This document shows, piece after piece, positions 17,978 to 28,624 of a stretch of 37,418 nucleotides of DNA. The position numbers were made by a program, and so were the translations under genes. The notes below the pieces were generated by a model, which had not been told where the DNA came from, did no database searches, and saw only the letters and a program-made list of their open reading frames with translations. The stretch is from Lysobacterales bacterium. GTDB lineage: Bacteria > Pseudomonadota > Gammaproteobacteria > Xanthomonadales > SZUA-36. How positions within the stretch are numbered: the first letter of the stretch is position 1; the number at the start of each line of letters is the position of its first letter. The stretch is from NCBI GenBank assembly GCA_026193295.1, contig JAPHSB010000414.1:1-37418 (forward strand). The letters are read 5' to 3'.

Positions 17978-18008
17978 CGGACTGCAGAACCAAAGGTATA
18001 ACAACGGC

Positions 18009-19139
18009 ATGGCAAAAAGGGACTACTACGAGATTCTGGGCGTCAAGAAATCGGCCAGCGACGAAGACCTGAAAAAGGCCTATCGGCGGCTGGCGATGAA
18101 GTTTCATCCGGATCGCAACCCCGACGACGAATCGGCCCAGGAGAAGTTCAAGGAGGCCAAGGAAGCCTACGAAGTTCTGAAGGACCCCCGTAAGCGTTCG
18201 GCCTACGACCAGTTCGGTCATGCCGGCGTGGACCATTCCGCGCGCGGCCCGGGCGGCCCGGGCGGTTTTCATGGCGACGTTGGCGACATCTTCGGGGATA
18301 TTTTCGGGGATATTTTTGGCGGAGGCCGGCGCCGCCAGCAGACCCGGCAGCGCGGATCCGACCTGCGCTATGCCATGGACCTCGACCTCGAAGAAGCCGT
18401 GGCCGGTGTCACGCGGGAAATCCGGGTGCCGACACTGGGCCAGTGCAAGACCTGTGATGGCAGCGGTGCGCGGGACGGCCAGAAGGAAACCTGCACAACC
18501 TGCGGCGGTATCGGACAGGTTCGCATGCAGCAGGGTATCTTCTCGGTACAGCAGACCTGCCCGGCCTGCCAGGGCGCCGGGCAGCGCATCAGCAATCCCT
18601 GTACGGACTGCAATGGGCAGGGCAGGGTGCGCGAAACACGCACGCTGTCAGTCAAGATACCGGCCGGCGTCGACAACGGTGACCGGATCCGCCTGGCCGG
18701 CGAGGGCGAAGCCGGGGTCAACGCGGCGCCAACCGGCGATCTCTATGTCGAAGTTCGGGTGAAGCCCCACCGTATATTCGAACGCGACGGCGACGACCTG
18801 TATTGCGAAGTTCCGATCCCATTCACGATGGCAGCGATGGGCGGAGAACTCGACATTCCGACGCTCGACGGTCACGTCAAGTTGAAAGTGCCGCAGGAGA
18901 CGCAGACCGGCCGTATGTTCCGGCTGAAGGGCAAGGGCGTGAAGTCGGTGCGCAGCCACCGCACCGGAGACCTGATGTGCCGGACCGTCATCGAAACACC
19001 GGTCAAACTGACGCGCGAGCAGAAAGACCTGTTGAAGCAGTTTGAGCAGACCTTTGCACAGGGCAATGGCGAACATGACCCGCGATCCCAGTCCTGGCTG
19101 AGCGGGGTGCGGGAATTCTTCGACCGGATGACCTCTTGA
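18009..19139 (+). CDS. dnaJ: Co-chaperone DnaJ (Hsp40)
   Basis: 376 aa. J domain (DYYEILGV...[14 protein letters not shown]), a G/F-rich linker, and four CxxCxGxG zinc-finger repeats ([32 protein letters not shown]). Confidence 0.97.
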   Translation: MAKRDYYEILGVKKSASDEDLKKAYRRLAMKFHPDRNPDDESAQEKFKEAKEAYEVLKDPRKRSAYDQFGHAGVDHSARGPGGPGGFHGDVGDIFGDIFGDIFGGGRRRQQTRQRGSDLRYAMDLDLEEAVAGVTREIRVPTLGQCKTCDGSGARDGQKETCTTCGGIGQVRMQQGIFSVQQTCPACQGAGQRISNPCTDCNGQGRVRETRTLSVKIPAGVDNGDRIRLAGEGEAGVNAAPTGDLYVEVRVKPHRIFERDGDDLYCEVPIPFTMAAMGGELDIPTLDGHVKLKVPQETQTGRMFRLKGKGVKSVRSHRTGDLMCRTVIETPVKLTREQKDLLKQFEQTFAQGNGEHDPRSQSWLSGVREFFDRMTS

Positions 19140-19207
19140 GCGGCACACCGGCAGCCGAGGATCTTCCCACGCGGGTTGCCGTCCCCCACACTGGCGGGTG
19201 GAGCGCG

Positions 19208-19236
19208 TTGTAATGGTTGGTGCGCTTCGATAGAAT
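19208..19236 (+). promoter_or_regulatory. Candidate sigma70 promoter for carAB
   Basis: TTGTAA (19208-19213), a 17-nt spacer, then TAGAAT (19231-19236), 27 nt upstream of the proposed carA start. Pattern match only. Confidence 0.4.
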
Positions 19237-19262
19237 CTGAGCGCTTATCTGGAGTGAGTAAA

Positions 19263-20435
19263 TTGACTGATCAGGCAGTGCTGGCACTTGAGGACGGCAG
19301 CGTGTTCCTCGGCCGCAGTATCGGAGCGGACAGTGCCCAGGTCGGGGCCGCGGTGGGCGAAGTCGTATTCAATACGGCGATGACCGGTTACCAGGAAATA
19401 CTCACTGATCCTTCCTACGCACGCCAGTTGGTCACACTGACTTATCCTCACGTCGGCAACACCGGCTGCAATCCCGAAGACGAAGAGTCCCTGAGGCCCA
19501 TGGCCGCCGGTCTGATTGTGCGGGATTGCCCACTGGTGCACAGCAACTGGCGTGCCCGGGAGAGCCTGCCCGAATACCTCGAGCGCAATGGCATCCTGGC
19601 CATCGCCGATATCGATACGCGGCGGCTCACGCGCATCCTGCGCGAAAAAGGCGCCCAGGGCGGGGCCATCCTCACCGGTGTGCGCGTCGATCCGGACGCT
19701 GCGATCGAACAGGCCCGGTCGTTCCCCGGCATGCAGGGCCTGGACCTGGCGCGAGAAGTCACTACCGCGGAATCGTATGCCTGGAACCAGGGCACTTGGG
19801 ATCTTGATGGCACCGCCTGGAACGAGTGCGTCGAGGAGCGCCATGTCGTGGCCTACGACTTCGGTATCAAGCGCAATATCCTGCGCATGCTGGCGGATCG
19901 CGGCTGCCGGGTGACGGTCGTGCCGGCGACCACGCCTGCCAATGAAGCGCTGGCTTTGCTGCCCGACGGCATTTTCCTGTCCAATGGGCCGGGTGATCCG
20001 GAGCCCTGCGACTATGCCATCCAGGCCATTCGCGAATTCATCGCCCTGAAAATTCCGCTGTTCGGCATCTGCCTGGGTCACCAATTGTTGGGGCTTGCAG
20101 CGGGTGCGCGGACTGCGAAAATGAAATTCGGCCATCACGGCGCCAACCATCCCGTGCAGGACCTCGCTACCGGCCGGGTTATGATTACCAGCCAGAATCA
20201 CGGTTTTGCCGTTGACGAGGGCAGCTTGCCAGAACAGGTGGTGGCCACCCACAGGTCCCTGTTCGACGGCTCACTGCAGGGTATTGAACTGCGCAATGCG
20301 CCTGCCTTCGGCTTCCAGGGACATCCCGAGGCCAGCCCCGGACCCCGCGATATCGCACCGATTTTCGACCGCTTCATCGTCAGCATCGACCGCGCCCGCG
20401 CCAACGACAACGTGACCGTGCTTAAGAAGGCCTGA
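19263..20435 (+). CDS. carA: Carbamoyl-phosphate synthase small (glutaminase) subunit
   Basis: The ORF track starts at 19176. By comparison with the CarA N-terminus (..ALLVLEDG..F.G..IGA), I place the start at the in-frame TTG at 19263, with GGAG 9 nt upstream; GTG at 19254 is the alternative. Catalytic context GICLGHQLL, with HGANHPV downstream. Confidence 0.9.
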   Translation: MTDQAVLALEDGSVFLGRSIGADSAQVGAAVGEVVFNTAMTGYQEILTDPSYARQLVTLTYPHVGNTGCNPEDEESLRPMAAGLIVRDCPLVHSNWRARESLPEYLERNGILAIADIDTRRLTRILREKGAQGGAILTGVRVDPDAAIEQARSFPGMQGLDLAREVTTAESYAWNQGTWDLDGTAWNECVEERHVVAYDFGIKRNILRMLADRGCRVTVVPATTPANEALALLPDGIFLSNGPGDPEPCDYAIQAIREFIALKIPLFGICLGHQLLGLAAGARTAKMKFGHHGANHPVQDLATGRVMITSQNHGFAVDEGSLPEQVVATHRSLFDGSLQGIELRNAPAFGFQGHPEASPGPRDIAPIFDRFIVSIDRARANDNVTVLKKA

Positions 20436-20446
20436 GGACGCATTTC

Positions 20447-23400
20447 ATGCCCAAGAGAACCGACCTCAAGAGCATCCTGATCATCGGCGCCGGGCCCATC
20501 GTCATCGGCCAGGCCTGCGAATTCGATTACTCGGGGGCGCAAGCCTGTAAAGCGCTGCGCGAGGAAGGCTACCGCGTCGTCCTGGTCAACTCGAACCCGG
20601 CGACCATCATGACCGACCCGGAAACCGCGGACGCCATTTACATCGAGCCCATCGACTGGCGCATCGTCGAGCAGATTATCGCAACGGAGCGTCCCGACGC
20701 ACTGCTGCCGACCATGGGTGGGCAAACCGCGCTGAACTGCGCGCTCGACCTGGCTCGCGAAGGGGTGCTGGAACGCTATGGCGTCGAGATGATCGGCGCT
20801 TCCCGCGAGGCGATTGACATGGCGGAGGACCGCGAGCAGTTTCGCGACGCCATGATCGAGATCGGGCTCGACGTGCCCACCGCGGCCATCGCGCACAGCC
20901 TGGAAGAAGCCCTGCAGAAGCAGGTTTCGATCGGTTTCCCAACCATCATTCGGCCGTCGTTCACGATGGGCGGTTCGGGCGGTGGCATCGCCTATAACCG
21001 CGAGGAATTCGAGGACATCGTCAGCCGCGGCCTGGAGCTGTCGCCTACCACCGAGGTGCTGCTCGAGGAGTCGGTGCTCGGCTGGAAGGAGTTCGAGATG
21101 GAGGTGGTCCGGGACCACAGCGACAACTGCATCATCATTTGTTCCATCGAAAACTTCGACCCGATGGGGGTGCACACCGGCGACTCGATCACGGTCGCTC
21201 CGGCGCAGACGCTGACCGACAAGGAATACCAGCGCCTGCGGGATGCCTCCATCGCCGTGCTGCGCAAAATCGGCGTGGATACCGGTGGTTCGAATGTGCA
21301 GTTTGGTGTGAATCCCGAAAACGGGCGTGTCGTCATCATCGAGATGAACCCCCGCGTTTCGCGGTCCTCGGCGCTGGCTTCCAAAGCCACCGGCTTCCCG
21401 ATCGCCAAGGTGGCGGCCAAGCTGGCGGTGGGTTACACGTTGGACGAATTGCGCAACGAGATTACCGGCGGTGCAACGCCCGCCTCCTTCGAGCCCAGCA
21501 TCGATTACGTGGTGACCAAGATTCCGCGCTTCGCCTTCGAGAAATTCCCTGCGGCCAATGCCACCCTGACCACCCAGATGAAGTCGGTCGGGGAGGCCAT
21601 GTCGATCGGCCGGACGTTTCAGGAGTCCCTGCAAAAAGCGCTGCGCAGCCTGGAAACGGGCCGGGACGGTTTGAATGAGATCCTCGAGGGCGACGAGCCG
21701 GAGGTGCGGCTGGCTACGCTGCGGCGCGAGCTGAGGGAAGCCGGGGCCGAGCGCATTCTCTACGTGGCGGATGCATTTCGCGAGGGCCTGCCGTTTGAGC
21801 AGGTCCAGGAACTCAGCCGCATCGACCCCTGGTTCCTCGCGCAGATCGAAGACCTCGTGCAGGCCGAGCAACAACTGCGCGGCTGTGCGCTGGAGTCACT
21901 CCAGAAGGAAGGACTGTTCAGGCTGAAGCGTAAAGGGTTTTCCGACAGCCGCCTCGCTCAGTTACTCGGTGAAACCGAAAGCCGCGTGCGCGAATACCGT
22001 CACCGACTGGACATCCGCCCCGTGTACAAGCGGGTCGACACCTGCGCCGCCGAATTCGCCACCTCCACTGCCTACCTCTACTCGACCTACGAGGAGGAAT
22101 GCGAAGCCGAGCCGGACGACCGCCGCAAGATCATGGTGCTGGGCGGTGGACCGAATCGCATCGGGCAGGGCATCGAGTTCGACTATTGCTGCGTACACGC
22201 GGCGCTGGCCCTGCGCGAAGAGGGCTTCGAAACCATCATGGTCAACTGCAATCCGGAAACGGTGTCCACCGACTACGACACCTCGGATCGTCTGTATTTC
22301 GAGCCGCTGACCCTTGAAGATGTGCTGGAAATTGTCCACCGGGAGCAGCCCGAAGGCGTCATCGTCCAGTTTGGCGGCCAGACACCGCTGAAACTCGCGC
22401 GGCCACTGGAGGCCGCCGGTGTGCCGATCATCGGCACCAGCCCGGACTCCATCGACCTGGCCGAGGACCGGGAGCGGTTTCAGAAGCTGCTGGAGCGTCT
22501 GCAACTGCGTCAGCCGCCCAACCGCACGGCCAGCAGTCCCGAGCAGGCGGTCGGGCTGGCCGAGGAAATTGGGTATCCCCTGGTTGTGAGGCCGTCCTAT
22601 GTGCTCGGTGGGCGCGCGATGGACATCGTCCACGGTGAAGATGAGTTGCGCCGCTACATGCGCCAGGCGGTGAAAGTCTCAAACGACTCGCCGGTATTGC
22701 TGGACCGTTTCCTGGATCACGCCAAGGAGGTGGATGTCGATGCCATCTGTGACGGCGAGGACGTCCTGATCGGTGGCATCATGGAACACATCGAGCAGGC
22801 CGGTGTGCATTCCGGTGATTCAGCCTGCTCCCTGCCTCCCTACTCGCTGTCGGCGGGTATCCAGGATGAATTGCGCCGCCAGATTCGCCTGATGTCCCTG
22901 GAACTCGGCGTCGTGGGCCTGATGAATACGCAGTTTGCCTTGCGCGGCAACGATGTGTTCGTGCTGGAGGTCAACCCGCGGGCATCGCGCACGGTACCCT
23001 TCGTATCGAAGGCCACCGGCTTGCCGCTCGCCGGGATAGCAGCCAAGGTTATGGTTGGTAAAAAGCTTAAAGAACAAAAGCATATAAGAGAAATAATACC
23101 TAATTTCTATTCAGTGAAAGAAGCTGTATTTCCGTTTATGAAGTTCCCCGGCGTCGATCCGATCCTCGGCCCCGAAATGCGTTCCACCGGCGAAGTCATG
23201 GGAATCGGCTGGAGCTTCGGCGGTGCCCGGGCCAAGTCGATGATGGCAGCCAATTACAATTTGCCTCGACCCGGCAAAGCCTTCCTCAGCGTGCGCGACG
23301 CGGACAAGCAGGTATTGATTCCCATCGCACGGGAACTGATCGGGCGCGGCTACGTGCTTGTGGCAACCAGCGGCACCTGCAAGTTCCTCCACGAGCATCA

Positions 23401-23671
23401 CATCGCCTGCGAGTCCGTCAACAAGGTCATGGAAGGGCGGCCGCACGTGGTAGACCTGATCAAGAACAATGAAATCAATTTCATCGTCAACACCACCGAG
23501 GGCGCGCAGGCCATCGCGGATTCATTCTCGATCCGTCGTGAGGCGCTGCAGCGCAAAATAAGTTATACGACCACCATCGCTGGCGGCCGCGCGACGCTGC
23601 GTGCGCTGGACCACGAAAACGACTACACGGTGCACAGCCTGCAGCAACTGCACCGGGGCCTCGATGCCTGA
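20447..23671 (+). CDS. carB: Carbamoyl-phosphate synthase large subunit
   Basis: 1074 aa. Duplicated ATP-grasp halves ([21 protein letters not shown]... and [23 protein letters not shown]...) and a C-terminal MGS-like allosteric domain. Confidence 0.98.
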   Translation: MPKRTDLKSILIIGAGPIVIGQACEFDYSGAQACKALREEGYRVVLVNSNPATIMTDPETADAIYIEPIDWRIVEQIIATERPDALLPTMGGQTALNCALDLAREGVLERYGVEMIGASREAIDMAEDREQFRDAMIEIGLDVPTAAIAHSLEEALQKQVSIGFPTIIRPSFTMGGSGGGIAYNREEFEDIVSRGLELSPTTEVLLEESVLGWKEFEMEVVRDHSDNCIIICSIENFDPMGVHTGDSITVAPAQTLTDKEYQRLRDASIAVLRKIGVDTGGSNVQFGVNPENGRVVIIEMNPRVSRSSALASKATGFPIAKVAAKLAVGYTLDELRNEITGGATPASFEPSIDYVVTKIPRFAFEKFPAANATLTTQMKSVGEAMSIGRTFQESLQKALRSLETGRDGLNEILEGDEPEVRLATLRRELREAGAERILYVADAFREGLPFEQVQELSRIDPWFLAQIEDLVQAEQQLRGCALESLQKEGLFRLKRKGFSDSRLAQLLGETESRVREYRHRLDIRPVYKRVDTCAAEFATSTAYLYSTYEEECEAEPDDRRKIMVLGGGPNRIGQGIEFDYCCVHAALALREEGFETIMVNCNPETVSTDYDTSDRLYFEPLTLEDVLEIVHREQPEGVIVQFGGQTPLKLARPLEAAGVPIIGTSPDSIDLAEDRERFQKLLERLQLRQPPNRTASSPEQAVGLAEEIGYPLVVRPSYVLGGRAMDIVHGEDELRRYMRQAVKVSNDSPVLLDRFLDHAKEVDVDAICDGEDVLIGGIMEHIEQAGVHSGDSACSLPPYSLSAGIQDELRRQIRLMSLELGVVGLMNTQFALRGNDVFVLEVNPRASRTVPFVSKATGLPLAGIAAKVMVGKKLKEQKHIREIIPNFYSVKEAVFPFMKFPGVDPILGPEMRSTGEVMGIGWSFGGARAKSMMAANYNLPRPGKAFLSVRDADKQVLIPIARELIGRGYVLVATSGTCKFLHEHHIACESVNKVMEGRPHVVDLIKNNEINFIVNTTEGAQAIADSFSIRREALQRKISYTTTIAGGRATLRALDHENDYTVHSLQQLHRGLDA

Positions 23672-23696
23672 AACAGACCACCGGAGCCTGAAGCCC

Positions 23697-24173
23697 ATGT
23701 CCAGACATCCACTGACGAAAACCGGCGTTGAGCGTCTGCGCGGGGAGTTGGCCACGCTCAAAAAGGTGGATCGCCCGCACATCATCGCGGCAATCGCGGA
23801 AGCGCGCGCCCACGGCGATCTGAAGGAAAATGCCGAGTACCATGCGGCCAAGGAGCAACAGGGTTTCATCGAAGGGCGTATCCAGCACCTCGAGTACACG
23901 ATTTCGCACGCCCAGATCATCGACGTGGCCAAGCTGAATCCAGGCGAGAAGGTGGTTTTTGGCGCGACCGTCATGCTGGCGGACGAAGAAACCGGCGAAG
24001 AAATCCAATACCAGATCGTCGGGGACATCGAGGCCGACATCAAGCACAACCGTATTGCGGTCAGTTCACCGATCTCACGCGCCTTGATCGGGCGACAGGT
24101 TGGCGATGTTGTCGTGGTGCGGGCACCCGCCGGTGATCGCGAGTACGAAATCATCGACGTCGAATACGTCTGA
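23697..24173 (+). CDS. greA: Transcription elongation factor GreA
   Basis: I trimmed from the ORF-track start (23601) to the ATG at 23697. [52 protein letters not shown] is the GreA signature. 158 aa. Confidence 0.95.
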   Translation: MSRHPLTKTGVERLRGELATLKKVDRPHIIAAIAEARAHGDLKENAEYHAAKEQQGFIEGRIQHLEYTISHAQIIDVAKLNPGEKVVFGATVMLADEETGEEIQYQIVGDIEADIKHNRIAVSSPISRALIGRQVGDVVVVRAPAGDREYEIIDVEYV

Positions 24174-24181
24174 CCGGTGGA

Positions 24182-25189
24182 GTGGGCACGGTACACGTCA
24201 TACTGCTGATCGAAGAACTCAAGCGCCTGGTGGCTGCTGTGTCCGGAGACATCCGTTACCCGGCGCTGGAACGGCTTTGGTCGCGCGGCAGGCCAATCGC
24301 ACTCGAGTCACCTACACCCAACCACCTGCGTTTCAAGCTGTTCGGCATCCAGCCGGAAGGCCATCTGCCGGTCGCCGCACTCACCCATGTCAACGATCGC
24401 AACGTGCTTCCGAGGAACAATTACTACTGGCTGCGCGCCGACCCCGTGACGATGTGGGCGGACATGGCGCAGGTATTCATGACCAGCTACGGTTTTGCCG
24501 ATCTCGATCCCTATGAACGCAACGAGATCGAGCTTTGCGTCCGCGACATATTGCAGGAAGAAGGCCTGGACTTGCATGGGGATCACCCGGAACGCTGGTG
24601 CATCGCCTTGGGGAGCCCCATCGAGTTCGGTTTTACGCCGCTGGACGAAGCATTGGGCATGGATGTTGCCGAAGCGCTGCCCGATCACCCCGAGGCCCGC
24701 TACTGGCGCCGCATCCTGAACGAGATCCAGGTGGCGTTGCACAACTGCCCGGTTAACGTGCGCCGGCGCGCTATGGGCAAGCGAGAGGTCAATTCGGTCT
24801 GGTTCTGGGGGGGCGGCTTCATACCTGACGCGGCTGCGCATTACGTGCTGGACACGGTGTATTCCGAGAATGCCGTGTCGCGCGGCCTGGCGATCATCAA
24901 TGACTGTCGGACGAAGCGACAGAGCGAAGCCCTGGAGAGTGACTTCAGCAGCGACGGCCTGGCGGTATTGATCGACTGGAACCTGGATTCGGACAACGCA
25001 GAAAACGAGATGGCGCTGCTGGAGGGCCTGGTTGGAAGCCTGTTGGACCGGGCCGATCGCAGGCAGTTGGTGCTGAAGATCTATGAAGGCAGGGGGCAAG
25101 GGCGCATGTATGGGCCGAACGCGCGCCGCAGATTCTGGTCCCGCCGCAAGCCGCTGTCACGGGCGTTGGACGCCGCAGCACAGGCATGA
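24182..25189 (+). CDS. Conserved uncharacterised protein resembling RpfE-type regulatory proteins (sometimes annotated as phosphoglycerate-mutase-like)
   Basis: 335 aa with a GTG start. The features I recall for this family are an N-terminal PALERLWSRG motif, a central WLRADPV motif and a NSVWFWGGG motif. The 3' end overlaps the recJ start (ATGA at 25186-25189). The family assignment is from memory and unverified. Confidence 0.5.
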   Translation: MGTVHVILLIEELKRLVAAVSGDIRYPALERLWSRGRPIALESPTPNHLRFKLFGIQPEGHLPVAALTHVNDRNVLPRNNYYWLRADPVTMWADMAQVFMTSYGFADLDPYERNEIELCVRDILQEEGLDLHGDHPERWCIALGSPIEFGFTPLDEALGMDVAEALPDHPEARYWRRILNEIQVALHNCPVNVRRRAMGKREVNSVWFWGGGFIPDAAAHYVLDTVYSENAVSRGLAIINDCRTKRQSEALESDFSSDGLAVLIDWNLDSDNAENEMALLEGLVGSLLDRADRRQLVLKIYEGRGQGRMYGPNARRRFWSRRKPLSRALDAAAQA

Positions 25190-26922
25190 TGGAACGCGCT
25201 CGCGTCCAGCGGCGCTCATTCGCGTCCAACGTCGATGAACTGCCTCCCGAGCTGCACGCGGTGAGCCGACGGGTCCTGCTGGCGCGCGGGGTGCACGATG
25301 CGTCAGCCCTGGCATTGAATCTGCAGGAATTGCATCCGCCGGATGGTTTTTCCGGAATCGAAACGGCCGCGCAACTGCTGGCCGACGCGATCACGGAGGA
25401 CCAGTCGGTACTTATCGTCGGCGATTTCGACGCCGACGGCGCCACGGGCACGGCGCTGGCCGGGTTGTCCCTGGAAGCAATGGGCTGTAAGCGCGTTGGT
25501 TTCCGGGTGCCTAATCGTTTCGAGTTTGGATACGGCCTGACCGTTCCTCTGGTGGAAACCCTTGCTGCCGCGCCGCCGGACTTGCTGGTAACGGTCGATT
25601 CGGGCATCGCCTGCATCGCCGGCGTGCGCCGCGCCCGGGACCTGGGCGCGCGGGTCGTGGTCACGGATCACCACCTTCCGGGCGACGAACTGCCCGCTGC
25701 GCACGCGATCGTCAATCCGAACGCTAAGGGTGACAAATTTCCAAGCAAGGCGTTGGCCGGAGTCGGGGTGATGTTCTACGTGCTCGGTGCGGTGCGGCGC
25801 GTCCTGCGGGAGCGCGGTTGGTTCGGGCGCTCCCGGCCGGAGCCGAACCTGGCCCGCTTCCTCGACCTGGTGGCTCTGGGTACGGTGGCCGACCTGGTTC
25901 CGCTCGATCGGAATAACCGGATCCTGGTTCGCCAGGGGTTGGAGCGGATCCGCCGCGGGTTGTGCCGTCCGGGACTGATGGCCCTGTTGCGTCTTGGCGG
26001 ACGCGACTACCGCTACTGCAGCGCTGCCGATCTTGGTTTTGCGGTCGCGCCGCGGTTGAACGCAGCCGGCCGTTTGGAAGACATGAGCGCCGGCATTCGC
26101 TGCCTCATGTGTGACGATGCCGACGAAGCGATGGGACTGGCTACTGAGCTGGACACCTTGAACCGCCAACGACAGGGTCTGCAGGAGCAGATGCAGCTCG
26201 AAGCCATGCGCCAGGTCGAGTCCCTGATAGCAGCGTTCGGGGCGGAAGAGCCGCCGTCGGCCGTGTGCCTCTACGACGCATCCTGGCACCAGGGCATCGT
26301 GGGGCTGGTTGCCGCGCGGGTGAAGGATGCGGTGCATCGCCCGGTCATCGCTTTCGCGCCCGAGGCAGAAGGATCGAGTTTGCTGAAGGGGTCGGCCCGG
26401 TCCGTTCGCGGCTTGCACATTCGCGATGTGCTGGCCTGGATCGACGCCCATCGCCCGGGATTGATGCAGGCCTTTGGCGGCCATGCGATGGCGGCCGGGC
26501 TTACGCTCCACCAGGATGGTTTATCGGTGTTCCGTGATACGCTGACCGAGGCGGTCAGTGCGATACTGAACGGCACGGTCCTGTCCAACGAAACCCTCAC
26601 CGACGGTGAAGTGCCGGGACCAGACCTCGGGCTGCCTCTGGCGGCGGAATTGGAGAATCTGGGGCCCTGGGGACAACGTTTTCCGGAACCGGTGTTCGAC
26701 GGGTCATTCGAGGTGATCGACCGGCGCGTGGTGGGTGGCAGCCACCTGAAAATGGTATTGCGCAGCCTGGATGGCGGCGAACCCGTGGATGCGATCGCAT
26801 TCAACTGCTCTCCGGACAGCGTGGATGGCCGGGGGTCGGTGCGACTGCTTTACCGCCTGGGGGTCAACCGGTGGCGCGGCAGCGAAAGCTGTCAGTTGGT
26901 GGTCGAGCAGATTGTGCGATGA
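25186..26922 (+). CDS. recJ: Single-stranded-DNA-specific exonuclease RecJ
   Basis: 578 aa. DHH motifs (ILIVGDFDADGATG, LVTVDSGI, VVVTDHH), DHHA1 (FGGHAMAAGLTL) and a C-terminal OB-like region. Confidence 0.95.
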   Translation: MMERARVQRRSFASNVDELPPELHAVSRRVLLARGVHDASALALNLQELHPPDGFSGIETAAQLLADAITEDQSVLIVGDFDADGATGTALAGLSLEAMGCKRVGFRVPNRFEFGYGLTVPLVETLAAAPPDLLVTVDSGIACIAGVRRARDLGARVVVTDHHLPGDELPAAHAIVNPNAKGDKFPSKALAGVGVMFYVLGAVRRVLRERGWFGRSRPEPNLARFLDLVALGTVADLVPLDRNNRILVRQGLERIRRGLCRPGLMALLRLGGRDYRYCSAADLGFAVAPRLNAAGRLEDMSAGIRCLMCDDADEAMGLATELDTLNRQRQGLQEQMQLEAMRQVESLIAAFGAEEPPSAVCLYDASWHQGIVGLVAARVKDAVHRPVIAFAPEAEGSSLLKGSARSVRGLHIRDVLAWIDAHRPGLMQAFGGHAMAAGLTLHQDGLSVFRDTLTEAVSAILNGTVLSNETLTDGEVPGPDLGLPLAAELENLGPWGQRFPEPVFDGSFEVIDRRVVGGSHLKMVLRSLDGGEPVDAIAFNCSPDSVDGRGSVRLLYRLGVNRWRGSESCQLVVEQIVR

Positions 26923-27018
26923 ACGCGGGGTCTATCCGCGCCATGTGGCGTCTCTGGCACGGACTGTGCGTGCCCTGGATCCACCCCATACTCTGTCCGA
27001 TGACGACGAGGTAACGAG

Positions 27019-27828
27019 ATGGAATTGAACAATACAGCAGCACTGGTCACCGGTGGCGCACATGGCATTGGCCGGGCGCTGTGCCGGGCCCTGCACGCCG
27101 CGGGGGCACGGGTCGCGGTGGCCGACCTGGATTTCGCGTCGGCCCGCGGCGTGGCAGCCGAAATCGACGGGTTGGCGCTCAAGGTCGATGTCGCGAACGA
27201 ACAGGAAATCATCGATGTGGTGAACCGCACCGAAGCGGAGTTCGGGCCCGTCAGCCTGTTCGTGTCCAACGCAGGCGTCGCCTGTGGTGACGGCCCGAAC
27301 GGCGCTGCTTCAGCCCCGGACGAACACTGGCGGACATGCCTCGATGTCAACCTGATGGCCCACGTCTATGCCGCAAGAGTCATGATCCCGCGCATGAAGA
27401 CTCGCGGCGGCGGCTGCCTGGTCAACGTTGCTTCGGCCGCCGGCCTGCTGTGCCAGATCGGCGAGGCCGCCTACACGGCCAGCAAGCACGCGGCGGTCGC
27501 ATTCGCCGAGTCGCTGGCTATCACGCATGGCGATGACGGCATCCAGGTTTGCCTGGTCTGTCCCCAGGCGGTGGCAACGCGCATGACGGGTTTTGACGAT
27601 GACGGGCAGGCCGAAGGCGAAACCGGATTCGGAGGCAACGACGTCGATGGCATCGTGAGCTCAGACTACGTCGCGGATTGCATCCTCGATGGAATTCGCG
27701 AGCAGCGCTTCCTGGTGCTCCCGCACCCCGAGGTGACCACCTATTTTCAACGCAAGGCTGCCGATCATGATCGCTGGGTTGCCGGCATGCAGCGCTTTCG
27801 ACGGCGCATGTTTGGAGAAGACGCATGA
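27019..27828 (+). CDS. SDR-family oxidoreductase
   Basis: 269 aa. TGGAHGIGRA cofactor loop, NAG motif and YTASKHA catalytic Y-x3-K. Confidence 0.85.
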   Translation: MELNNTAALVTGGAHGIGRALCRALHAAGARVAVADLDFASARGVAAEIDGLALKVDVANEQEIIDVVNRTEAEFGPVSLFVSNAGVACGDGPNGAASAPDEHWRTCLDVNLMAHVYAARVMIPRMKTRGGGCLVNVASAAGLLCQIGEAAYTASKHAAVAFAESLAITHGDDGIQVCLVCPQAVATRMTGFDDDGQAEGETGFGGNDVDGIVSSDYVADCILDGIREQRFLVLPHPEVTTYFQRKAADHDRWVAGMQRFRRRMFGEDA

Positions 27829-28613
27829 ACGTCGCAACAGTGTTGCCCAAAGACATGGGGCGGATCGATCTGACCGGGAAAGTCGCCCTCGTCAACGGGG
27901 CTTCACGAGGCATCGGCGAAGCCATCGCCCGCGGCCTGGCCGGCTGTGGCGCGCGCCTGGTGCTCAGCAGCCGTGACCTGGCCGGCGTGCAACGGGTGGC
28001 CGACTCGATCCAGGCCGATGGCGGCACAGCGGTGGCCCGGACTTGCCATGCGGGACGAATGGAGGATGTGGACGCGCTGTTCACGTCCATAGAGGAGGGG
28101 TTTGGACGGCTGGACATACTGATCAATAACGCGGCGACCAACCCCTGGTTTGGACCTGCCGCCGACCTGCCGCCTGAAGCATTCGACAAGACCGTCGATG
28201 TGAACCTCAAGGGGCCGTACTACATGATGGCGCGAGCCGTGCCGTTAATGATCGCCAGTGGCGGGGGCAGCATCGTCAACGTCGCGTCCATCGCGGCCCT
28301 GGTTTCCATGTCCGGGCAGGCGGTTTACGCGATGACCAAGGCCGGCCTGGTCAGCCTGACCAAATCTTTTGCCAAGGAATATGGTCAGAAGGGCGTCCGG
28401 GTGAACGCCATCCTGCCGGGTGTGGTGGAGACGAAGCTCGCAGCAGCGCTGGTCGAAGACCCGGGCGTGCAGAAGTGGATTTCGCGCCTGCCGGTTCCCC
28501 GCGCGGGGCAACCAGCGGACATGGTGGCCGGTGTGCTGTTCCTGGTCTCGGATTACGCATCCTTTACCACCGGGACCAGCCTCGTCATGGATGCCGGCGC
28601 CACGCTGGGTTGA
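27825..28613 (+). CDS. SDR-family oxidoreductase (FabG-like)
   Basis: 262 aa. The start overlaps the previous stop (ATGA). NGASRGIGEAIA, NNAA, YAMTKAG (Y-x3-K) and PG..ET motifs. Confidence 0.85.
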   Translation: MNVATVLPKDMGRIDLTGKVALVNGASRGIGEAIARGLAGCGARLVLSSRDLAGVQRVADSIQADGGTAVARTCHAGRMEDVDALFTSIEEGFGRLDILINNAATNPWFGPAADLPPEAFDKTVDVNLKGPYYMMARAVPLMIASGGGSIVNVASIAALVSMSGQAVYAMTKAGLVSLTKSFAKEYGQKGVRVNAILPGVVETKLAAALVEDPGVQKWISRLPVPRAGQPADMVAGVLFLVSDYASFTTGTSLVMDAGATLG

Positions 28614-28624
28614 GCGAGGCCTTT

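Noticed and set aside
20198-21874. 558-aa minus-strand ORF antisense to carA/carB
   Set aside because: It lies completely inside the strongly supported carB frame. Its composition is Arg/Gly/Leu/His-rich with no recognisable domain. It is a GC-driven shadow ORF.
25303-26511. 402-aa minus-strand ORF antisense to recJ, and a 263-aa ORF (24308-25099) antisense to the RpfE-like gene
   Set aside because: These are shadow ORFs in GC-rich sequence. The recJ frame carries the full DHH/DHHA1 motifs.
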